DNA of 64,000 nucleotides, taken from NCBI GenBank assembly GCA_030704615.1, contig CM060733.1, forward strand, positions 62,186,001-62,250,000, read 5' to 3'. The position numbers and the translations under genes were made by a program. Source of the stretch: Takakia lepidozioides. Taxonomy: Eukaryota; Plantae; Bryophyta. Of this stretch, positions 22,163-33,058 are shown one piece after another. Position 1 is the first letter of the stretch; the number at the start of each line of letters is the position of its first letter. Below the pieces are notes generated by a model. The model was not told the DNA's origin. It ran no database searches and saw nothing but the letters and a program-made list of their open reading frames with translations.

Positions 22163-25100
22163 ATGGCTCCGAATTCCTACGCTATAGTTTGCTGTCCTCC
22201 GCAACTTGGGAGAGCCTGGATCCCAAACGAGGGAGGACTTTGCAGAGTGACTGAAACTTACCTTTGTTCCAAATTCAAGCTCATACCGGGCACAGTTTAT
22301 TTGGAAGAAGAAAGGAAGGATGTTCCTGGACAGGTTGACGAGACCATTGTCGTGCTAGGTAACGACGGAGGTTGCGGAATCGAATGGCACGTACCCCCAT
22401 CAGACACCATCCTGTACCGAGCTGTGGGAATGCCCATTCCCTTTCCGAATCAGTCGCTGCCCACACCATCCAGAAACCGACAGGCGGCCACTGCCAACAG
22501 AGAGGTATGCAACGATAATCATTCCCGACCTGGACCGTCAAGACCCTCCATAGCTTCTCGTGTGGACGTATTCGACATTTCCGACGAGGAAGATGATTGC
22601 ATTGAGGTACCCATGTCCTCCACACGGCCGTTCAAATCCGGCATGGACGTCTCTATAGGTGCTACGCATGTGCCCTCGAGCATAACTCCAACTCGGTCCA
22701 TTGTGCAGCTCCTACGACAACATCACCTCAATGGTTCTCGCTCCGAGCTGGCTGCTCTCGACTATGCCAAATTCCTAGTCAGAAAGGTAACGTTTCTGCC
22801 TCCCGAAGTCGATGGCAATGTCATCTTCGAGTTTCCACCTGTTTCTTCGTCAAACAAAGCCTCCGGGATGTTAACAAACATGGATCGAAAGCATGACGGA
22901 CACCCCTGGTGTGTGACGAAGACCAGTAGCACAAAAATTGCTGATGGTGTTCGTGTACGATATGTCCTCTGTGCGGGGAAGCTGAGGTGCCTCAATCCCA
23001 CCTGCTTCCACTTTCTCTCCAAAGGAGGGCGGAGAAACGAGACGGATTGGATTGGCACAACGCATCATCCATTCATTGTCTCCAGCCAAGCTCCTGCGGG
23101 TTCTTTCAAGTGTGCACATTGCAAAGAACCATCGACGTGCATGTCCATGTGCAGAGCCAAGCAATATTACGTAATCCATTTGCTCCCGGACTTGACTAGA
23201 GCTTGCATACACGTTGGGGTCCACTGCCACCCCTTGGCGAGAGGCAACATGCGGGAGGCTGTGCAGGAAGCACACGACATCATAAAAGAGGAGGTGAAAT
23301 TGAGCCCCGGAGCCAGACCAAAGCAGATTCAGCTGAAGGCAGCCCACAAGATTGCTCTTGGCAAAATCATGTCTGAAGATGGTTCCGACCGAGAGCCCTT
23401 GACCGAGACGAGATGCGTGACCTCTTGGAGTCCGTCTCGCACGTTTGTAGTCCGAATGTGCGGAATCACATGTATCTTGCAAGCAGGAGTTCGGCAGGGG
23501 GTCGGACATGTACTCAATCCTGGAGGTGAAACGAATGACTGGATATGACTACATCCAAGGTAGCAGGTTTCCAGGGCAAGGCAGCGAATCCGATCGTTGT
23601 TACATTTTCAAAATGTCGACGTGTGGGCCTGGGAGTGGAGTCGACTTGGTCACTCGCATGACAACTAGAAACTTGTCGAATGCTTGGGTGATGTTTGATC
23701 ACATCAAGCGAATTACAAACCATCAGTGGGTGACTATGGGTGCGCATGTTTATGACTATCACTCCAAGAGGCTCATGACGATTGCAATCTCCGAGATGAA
23801 AGGGGAGGACACACAGTCCGAGATGCATCTGTGGGAGGGCATAAACGAGCAGATGGCAAGGGCGGGATTGCCAGAGCCCAATTTCAGGGGATTCATGGCA
23901 GACAACGCTCAGGCCAACTGGGCAGCGGTGCGGCGTGTGTACGGTGAGGACCCCAATATTCCAATGGAGGGGAAAGAGAGATCCTGTGGATTCCATTGGA
24001 TGCAGAGTCTATCCCACTACACTACCAAATTTGTTGCTAGCTCATTCCAGGCTGAACACCGTGTCCTTTGTACGGCGTGGAAGGATGCACCCACATTTGA
24101 TGACGCGGAGGTTAAGTTTGCTATCATCGAGGCTTGGTGGAACACGTCAGGTGCAGTGGAGACAACCAATCTGGGAGCATTGCACAGCTGGTTGGGGTGG
24201 TGGCATTTTCGGTATCGACAGTTCGGACAGTACATGCGGGAGGTAGGCTGCTGTCATTTTCGTTCATTTGTCTTTCTGTTACGCACATTTCGATTGGTCC
24301 CGCACCATTGTTTGTGTCCTTCTAGGAGCGGTGCTTGGATTCCGACACGGACATGCCGAACACGAATATGGCAGAATCGGTCCACTCCTCCTGCGAGCGT
24401 CTTCTGCCGCACATCTGGTGGACGTAGTGACGGCCACAACGGAGGACATCGACAGAGCAATCATGCAGCAAGCCACGTACTACAAGTTCCTGAGTGGCAA
24501 ACAATGGGGCTTTGGGCCGGACAGGGAGGAATTGTTGGTACGAATAGCTTCGAGGTCCAAGAATCCACTGAAATGGGCGACAGCATTGCGAGAGAAGATC
24601 AAAGGGACGCCTCTGCACCGCAGAGGTGAACACCTAGAGGGGGACGTCCGGACTCGCCCTGTCAGGCGGAGGATTGAAGAGGAACCCGGGTGCGAAGAGG
24701 ATTCCTGGAGATCCGACAGGAACATTCGGACAGCACCTCGAGGTCCCGTCATGTTGCCGCACAATGTGTCTTCCAGCAGTGGAAGCCCAAGAAATTCCAG
24801 ATCGCCGTCGCCTTCAACCGGGGATTTTGTGCGAGAAATTCCCACCGCTCCCTTGCCCCAGATTCCGCCCGCTGTTATGCAGTATGGCCAAGCCATTGTG
24901 GAGACGACTATGTCTGCATCACAGTGGAGAATTGCTCGCACAAAGCCGTCGTTTCGAGGAAGGTGTTCCGCAATTCGTGTGGATACACGGCAACGTTGTT
25001 TAGAGATGATAAGGAGGAATCCAGATGGGGCTGTCCCTGCTCCTACTTTTACAGGAAGATTTGTCCATGCAAAGTTTGCGGAGGCGACAACCACCCAGTT

Positions 25101-25755
25101 CTGGTTCTGCAGGCACGACATTATGACTTGCGTGTATGGAAAGCCCAAGTACGGCATACAAACAATGCCAGAGGCTCCCCCGGTGTGGCCGGTGGAACCA
25201 GGCTGCGATCTGAGTCAGGTTGAGGCCGACGCCCTTACCGCCGCAGGATTTCGGATGGTGCAGCGCACTGACGTCCCCAGACAACCATTTCCGCTTCCAC
25301 AGCCTCCACCACCGACCCCTATGAGAGCAAGCACAATGGGACATGACAGCTCTAAGCATCCTACACACCGTTGGGGGAAATCGAAGAGGCGGCGACCTCC
25401 CTCAAAAGTAAACGAGACAAGGATGGGGAATGCACTTCGGATGAACTGTACAATCCAGAGCTCGACTGAAGTGCCCCCACCAGGATTCGGGCGTGTGTAT
25501 CAGATGGCCACGGCGGGCTCAGCTGTTCGCAATGAGGTGTACACCATCACCATTTCAGAATTACCCACCTGCAATTGCACCGACTTCCAGATCATGGCGA
25601 ACAAGGGGGCATCATACTGCCCTTGCAAGCATTTGTACTACGTGTACCTAAAGAGACTCCGTTGTAATTCCACAACTCATCACTTCATACATGCACCAGG
25701 GTTGAGCCCCCAGGAGGTTCACACTCTTCTGAATATGGATCCAGGGGACCAATGA
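22163..25755 (+). CDS. Mutator-like transposase: GCM/WRKY-like Zn domain, DDE core, SWIM finger. Intron 24243-24325. Three 1-nt deletions relative to copy A2
   Basis: DGHPW...CAGKLRCLNPTC...C..C...HCHP, WVMFD, FMAD, CGFH (CxxH), TNMAESVH and CNC...CKH. Confidence 0.88.
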
Positions 25756-26606
25756 GCTTGGCTTGCGGTCCCAATACAATGGTACGCCCATCCTTTTCGG
25801 ATAGTAGAACTGTACTGCTGCCAGTACCTCAGACTCTGGCCACAGAAAGGTCCGACATATGTCTTGCCTACCAGTAACCTGTTTTGCTCGAACTAAGATA
25901 TTACTATATCGTTCACTTGTTTCCACGTGCATGTATTTTTGTATGTTGGAGGGTTCATGTTTTTCTGCTTTCCGAAAACTTGATTTCCTCATTCGACCTC
26001 CGACAAGGAAATGCGGCGCCGCATTTCCAAGTATCGTCGTAGGTACTGGTAGAGGCGGCCTTCGCCAACACCAAACCGCTCCGAAATTTCGCACGTGCGA
26101 ACCCTAATGCGGCACCTTATTTCCCAGTTCAGTTGCAAACCTTTCCCGCCGAATACCCGAAGAAGACAGAATTGTGAAGTACTGCAGACTGTATTGGTGC
26201 AGACTCCATTGGTTCAATCGCGGCAAAAGGGTCAGCTTCATTCCAATGTTAAGGCATGTAAAACCGCGGAATACTCTATACAGGCCAGTATGCGACGTCC
26301 TTTTGCAGTGGTATACTGGATTTCCCGTTGCACGGTCACTTATTTCCATGAGCGGATCTAAAAACCATGAGCGGACTTGTTACTGACGACATATCTTCGC
26401 CGCATTACATGATCTGGAACGTCCAAAAACGGCAAGGTCAAATAAAAAAACTATTATTTTAATACTTGTTTAATCTACCGCATTTCCAAATTTGGAGGAG
26501 TCCGCTCATGAAATCCGCGTATCTTAGACTTCGGCTCACCGCTCATGCGGCTCATGCGGCTCATGGCTCATGGCTCATGGTTTCTGCTCATGAAATAGTA
26601 AACCTC

Positions 26607-27182
26607 AAACTGTTCCTTCCTCTTCGTTTGAATTCTGGTCATGTTATCAGCTGCATCAGCACGTACTTCTTCCACATGGTATAATTCATGTTTCCTGACC
26701 TTAATTGAATCTTCCAATTCCATTCTCTTTCCCCATTCAGTTCACATGGTAGGTAAAAAGAATTCCACTGGAAGTAAAGCTTCCATACCATAAACTAATT
26801 GGAATGGTGTATACTTAGTGGTGACTTTATATGAAGTCCTGTATGACCACAAAGCTGTCAGCAGCTTTGTATCCCAATCCGTTCTGTTTGCATTGACTAT
26901 CTTAGCCAAGATAGTACATAGTATTTTGTTGGTAGCCTTTGCCTGCCCATTACCCTCTGGGTAATATGTTGTACTCTTCCTATGCACAATCATAAACTCT
27001 TTAGTCAATAGTTCAATGGTCTCATTAATGAAGTGACTCCCTTGGTCATTGATAAATTCCAGGGGACAGCCAAAATCGTGTAAGTATGTTCTCATACATG
27101 AACCTTGCTGTGGACTTGGCTGTGTTGTCCCTCAGAGCTTTAGCATCCACCCACTTCGTAGTATAATCAGTGGCTGTAATTA
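26607..27182 (-). pseudogene. pol: Gypsy integrase fragment
   Basis: Reverse complement of ~4480-5050 (DQGSHF...YTPFQLVYG). Confidence 0.92.
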
Positions 27183-27599
27183 GAGGTTTGCTATTTCATG
27201 AGCATGAGCGGCATGAGCGGAGTAGTAAGACAATCGGTTTTCATGAGCAGAAGTACAAATTTCGAAAATAAAAAACAATAAAAAACAATAATTTAATGCA
27301 ATGTGTCAGGAAAAACAAATATATTATTCGGCCCCTTGAAGGGAAAATTGCAGTTTTGACAGTTGTGCTCATGATATTTCGTCTTCCGCTCATGCCAATT
27401 CCCAGCGACATGTGCAAATATGGCGCTGAATTTCGCGGTAATAGGGTCCGTAACCTGGAAAACGGCGACGTATTTCGCGGTAATAGGTCTCTCTGGCGAA
27501 AAATGCTGCCGAATTCCGCGGCTATAAGTCCCCTCATGACAGGTAATTCGGCGCCATTTTTCCAGTGCATGTTCGGACTTAGCATGTTCGGACGTGCAA

Positions 27600-28630
27600 C
27601 TCACCTCCCGCATATAGTCGCCGAACTGGAGGAAACGATAATGCCACCATGCTAGCCAACTGACCATTGCTCCCTCGTCTGATTTCCTTACAGCACCTGA
27701 CGATGTCCACCAAGCCCGTATGCATGCAAACTGTGTCTCTGCATCATCCAAGGTTGGAGCGCGCTTCCACGCAAGGCACATGGAACGGTGCTCCTCTCTG
27801 AAATCTGGCGCCACGAGCCTGGTTGTGTACTGCGAAAGGCTCTGCAGAAAATGGAACCCACAAGATCTCTCCTTGCCTTCCATGGGAACATTGGGGTCTT
27901 GCCCGTACACCCTTCGGATGGCAGCCCAATTTGCTTGTGCGTTGTCCGCCATGAAACCACGGAAATTCGGAGGGGGCAATCCCGCCTTGGCCATCTGTTC
28001 GTTTATTCCTTGCCAAAGAAGCATCTCCGATTGTGTGTCCTCTCCTTTCATCTCACAAATAGCAATTGTCATTAGCATCCTGCAGTGGGTGTCGTAGACA
28101 TGTGCACCCATTGTCACCCACTGGTGATTTGTAATTCGCTTGATATGGTCGAACATGACCCAACTGTTTGACAAGTTCCTACTCGTCATCCTGTCGACCA
28201 GTTCGACGCCGCTGCCAGGTCCACACGTGGACATTTTGAATACGAAACAACGATCTGCCTCAGTCTCTTGTCCTGGAAACCTACTTCCATGAATGTAGTC
28301 ATATCCACATCGTCGCTTCACCTCCAGAATGGAGTGCATATCCGAGCCACGCCCAATTTTCTGTTTGCATGAGACAATGTGGTTTCGGACATTCGGTGAA
28401 CATACGTGGGACACCGACTCCAGCAATGCCTCCATTTCCTTCTCGTCGAGAGGAACTCTATCGGAGCCGTCTTCCGACATAATTCTGGCCAATGCCATCT
28501 TATGGGCGGCTTGGAGCTGTATCTGTTTGGGTTTGGCACCCGGTCTCAACTTAACCTCCTCCTGAACGAGCTGCTCTGCTTCGTGGGCAGCCTCCCGCGA
28601 GTTCCCCCTCGCCAATTTGTGACAATGGGA
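27600..28630 (-). pseudogene. Internal fragment of subfamily B transposase (first two catalytic Asp and CxxH)
   Basis: WVMFDHIKR...FMADNAQANW...CGFH within ORF 27293..28882. Both ends are deleted. Confidence 0.88.
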
Positions 28631-28699
28631 ACCAACAGGGGAAGCCCGGATGAAGTCGCCTCGGGCGCAGAGGCCGGCGCGTGTGCGACAGAGAACATC

Positions 28700-31660
28700 C
28701 TCTGGATGGAGATTCGGCGCCGAATTTCCATCCGGGCCCCCCAAAGGAAGTCGTGTCGGGGGGTCAGGCCGAAAACTGGCCGGCATAAAAACATCCCCAG
28801 ATGGAAAAACGGCGCCGAATTTCCATCCGGGGTGGTTCGGATGCAGTCGGGGAGGGGGGAGAGGCCGGCACTTGGCCGTCACATTTCAACCCCCGGACGG
28901 AAATTCGGCACCGAATATCGAACAGGGGACGCCCGGATGAAGTCGCCTCGGGCGTAGAGGTCGGCACGTGTTCGACAGAGAGCATCCCTTGGATGGAGAT
29001 TCGGCGCCGAATTTCCATCCGGGCCCCCCCAATGAAGTCTTGTCGGGGTGTCAGACTGAAAACTGGCCGACATAAAAACCTCCCCAGATGGGAAAACGGC
29101 GCCGAATTTCAATCCGGGGCCATTCCAATGCGGTTGGGGAGGGGGGAGAGGTCGGCACCTGGCCGTCATATTTCAACCGCCGGACGGAAATACGGCACCG
29201 AATATCCAACAGAGCGGCGGAGAGGCCGGCACCTCTCCGACAGAGACCAGCCCCCGGATGGAAATTCGGCGCCGAATTTCCACCCAGCAGGTAAGTGCAA
29301 TCCCGGATGGATGCAAATCCGGCGCCAAATTTCCATCCAGCAGGTAAGTGAAATCCCGGATCGATCGAAATCCGGCGCCGCAAATCTATCCTGCAGGTAA
29401 TTCGAATCCCGGATGGATGGAAATCCGGCACCGAATTTCCATCCAGCAGGTAAGTCGGATCGCTGGCGTATGGATATTCGGCGCCGAATTTCCATTCGCC
29501 AGGTATTTCATCGCTGAGAATTACCTTCCTGCAGGTAATTCTTATCGACGAAGGTAGGAAGGTAATTCCTCGCTCAGAATTACCTGCAGGAAGGTAATTC
29601 ATCGATCAGAATTACCTGCAGGAAGGTAATTCTCAGCGATGAAATACCTGGCGAATGGAAATTCGGCGCCGGATTTCGATCCATCCGGGATTCCAGTAAC
29701 CTGCTGGACGGAAATGCGGCGCCGAATTTCCATCCATCCGGGATTCGAATTACCTGCTGGACGTAAATTCGGCGCCGAATTTCCATCCATCCGGGATTCC
29801 ACTTACCTGCTGGATGGAAATCCGGCCCCGAATTTCCATCCATCCGGGATTCGAATTACCTGCAGGATGGAAATTCGGCGCCGAATTTCCATCCATCCGG
29901 GATTCCACTTACCTGCTGGATGGAAATCCGGCGCCGAATTTCCATCCATCCGGGATTCGAATTACCTGCAGGATGGAAATTCGGCGCGGAATTTCCATCC
30001 ATCCGGGATTCCACTTACCTGCTGGATGGAAATCCGGCGCCGAATTTCCATCTATCTGGGATTCGAATTACCTGCAGGATGGAAATTCGGCGCCGGATTT
30101 CCATCCATCCGGGATTCCACTTACCTGCAGGATGGAAATCCGGCGCCGAATCTCCATCCATCCGCTCTCCGACCAACCTTGCGGATGGAAATCCGGTGCC
30201 GGATTTCCATCCATCCGCTCTTCGAATTACCTGCATGACGGAAATTTTGCGCGCCGACCTAGCTGGCGGATGGAAATCCGGCGCCGGATTTCCATCCATC
30301 CGCTCTTCGAATTACCTGCATGACTGGAAAAATGGCGCCGAATTTCCGATTTTGGTGCAAGTCAGATCTGGGACTTAGCCATTTTCGGCCCCGAAATGGA
30401 AAAATGGCGCCATAAACATAAAAATAATAAAAAAAAAATAATTAAAAAAAAAAAACGCCATTTTTCTTGTTCGGGGCCGAAAACGGCTAAGTCCCAGATC
30501 TGACTGGCACCCAAAATCGGAAATTCGGCGCCATTTTTCCAGTCATGCAGGTAATTCGAAGAGCGGATGGATGGAAATCCGGCGCCGGATTTTCATCCAT
30601 CCGCTCTTCGAATTACCTGCATGACGGAAATTTTGCGCGCCGACTTACCTGGTGGATGGAAATCCGGCGCCGGATTTCCATCCATCCGCTCTTCGAATTA
30701 CCTGCATGACTGGAAAAATGGCGCCGAATTTCCGATTTTGGTGCCAGTCAGATCTGGGACTTAGCCATTTTCGGCAACGAAATGGAAAAATGTCGCCGAA
30801 AAAAATAAAAAAATAAAAACAATCGCCTTTTTTTAAAGTTCAGGGCCGAAAACGGCTAAGTCCCAGATCTGACTGGCACCCAAAATCGGAAATTCGGCGC
30901 CATTTTTCCAATCATGCAGGTAATTCGAAGAGCGGATGGATGGAAATCCAGCGCCGAATTTTCATCCATCCGCTCTTCGAATTACCTTCATGACGGAAAT
31001 TTTGCGCGCCGACTTACCTGGTGGATGGAAATCCGGCGCCGGATTTCCATCCATCCGCTCTTCGAATTACCTGCATGACTGGAAAAATGGCGCCGAATTT
31101 CCGATTTTGGTGCCAGTCATATCAAGGACTTAGCCATTTTCGGCCCCAAAATGGAAAAATGGCGCCGAAAAAAAAAAAAAAAAAAAAAAAAAAACGCCAT
31201 TTTTCCATTTTGGGGCTGAAAACGGCTAAGTCTCAGATCTAACTGGCACCCAAAATCGGAAATTCGGCGCCATTTTTCCATTTTTGGGCCCAGTCAGATC
31301 TGGGACTTAGCCATTTTCGGCCCCGAACTGGATAAATGGCGCCGAAAAAAAAAAAAAAAAAAAAAAAAAAACGATATTTTTCCAGTTCGGGGCCGAAAAC
31401 GGCTAAGTCCCAGATCTGACTGGCACCCAAAATCGGAAATTTGGCGCCATTTTTCCAGTTCGGGGCCCAGTCAGATATGGGACTTAGCCATTTTCGGCCC
31501 CGAAATGGAAAAATGGCGCCATTTTTCCAGTTTCGGGCCCTGAAAATAGCTAAGTCCCTACGATGGCTGGAACCGCAACTGGAAATTCGACACCATTTTT
31601 CCAGTTCCGCGCCCTATCAGATCTGGAACTTAGCCATTTTCGGCCCCGAACTGGAAAAAT
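28700..31660. repeat. B-type palindrome arrays GGAAATTCGGCGCCGAATTTCC, with 53-bp period blocks and foldback units containing A-tract loops
   Basis: Starts at 29260...29472 and 29657...30187 every 53 bp. Further units at 30325-31660 and 32165-32460. Confidence 0.92.
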
Positions 31661-32301
31661 GGAAGTTGAAGACTCCCACAAGCTGAAACCATACTCCACA
31701 CATGCACCACTTGCTTCCTTAACACCCGAGCTCTTCTTGAACTCCTCAAACCCTGCAACACTTGCAGAACAAGAGCTTCTTCACAAGCTCTCAAACTTTC
31801 AATGATGCTCTTCTTGAAGACCTCCTCTTGTACATAAACACCACAAGACTTTCTTCTTGCAAACCCTGCAACACGTTGTAACTTAAGAGCTATCTATCAA
31901 GCTCTTTTCCACACACAAGTGTTAACTATGCTAAGACCTTGCACTTATAGATGTAAGCAGGTCTTCTTCTAGTGATACGGAAATGGTGAAAAGAGGAGAA
32001 ACCATTCTATCACGTTATATAAGTCAAGCCAATGGCACCTTTGCTAAAAGACTCCACCATACAGACCTCACCCACTCTCCATCTCAAGTACTAGAGCGAC
32101 TTCAATTGGCTCAACTTTTGTTTGACCACATGTTTTTTGAAAGCAGAGGCATAGCCAGTGGGTACTTTCAGGGCCGAAAATGGCTAAGTCCCTAGGGTGG
32201 CTGGCACCAAAATCGGAAATTCGGCGCCATTTTTCCAGTTCCGGGCCTCGTCAGATCTGGGACTTAGCCATTTTAGGCCCCGAACTGGTAAAATGGCACC
32301 G

Positions 32302-32333
<32 letters not shown>

Positions 32334-32626
32334 GCCATTGTTTTAGTTCGGGGCCTAAAATGGCTAAGTCCCAGATCTGACTGGCACCAAAATCGGAAAT
32401 TCGGCGCCATTTTTCCAGTTCCCGGCCTAGTCAGATCTGGGACTTAGCCATTTTCGGCAAGTAAATGCAATAAAATGTTGCATTTCAAGTCCACTGGTGC
32501 CACATTCCAACTTCACATGACCCTATTTCCGTGCCTCCTAACCCTATTTCCGTGGACTTACAATGGTCTGCTCATGCTTTTTTTTTTTCCGCTCATGCTC
32601 ATGCCGCTCATGAAATAGCAGCCCCC

Positions 32627-32854
32627 GCTGTAATTATATATTTGTTTTGTGTATTCTTGGCTGGTGGGTTAATTGGTCAACAAAGTCTAGTCCCCATTTC
32701 TGAAATGGTTAAGTAGGCATCGTAGGATGCAAAGCCATCTTCCCAGATCTCTGCAAAGGTCCTAGCCTCTGACATTCATCACAACTCTGACAATACTTGT
32801 GTACATATTTGAACAAAGTAGGCCACCAGTAACCTGCAAGTAGTATCTTCCTAC
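32627..32854 (-). pseudogene. pol: Gypsy integrase fragment between B1 and B2
   Basis: Reverse complement of ~4257-4485. Confidence 0.9.
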
Positions 32855-33058
32855 GGGGGCTGCTATTTCATGAGCGGCATGAGCATGAGCGGAAAAAAAA
32901 AAAAAAAACATGAGCAGACCATTGTGAGTCCACAGAAATAGGGTCATGTGAAGTTGGAATGTGGCACCAGTGGACTTGAAATGCAACATTTTATCGCAAA
33001 TTTTGTGGCAAGCCACGTCTATACAAGTGTGTTCTAACTGTCATAGCCGGAATGGGCA

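Larger units (their letters stand above)
11384..26606 (+). mobile_element. Element A: 15.2-kb MULE-like DNA transposon with cargo genes and palindrome arrays
   Basis: Left end GGGGGCTGCTATTTCATGAGC, right end GCTCATGAAATAGTAAACCTC (imperfect TIR), subterminal CATGAGC repeats and a MULE DDE+SWIM transposase. Both ends abut Gypsy pol. Confidence 0.9.
27183..32626 (-). mobile_element. Element B1: non-autonomous subfamily B MULE, inverted
   Basis: GAGGTTTGCTATTTCATGAGC ... GCTCATGAAATAGCAGCCCCC. TSD GCTGTAATTA at 27173-27182 and 32627-32636. Confidence 0.92.

Noticed and set aside
31021-32380. Poly-Lys or poly-Phe ORFs
   Set aside because: They are translations of A-tracts inside the repeat units.
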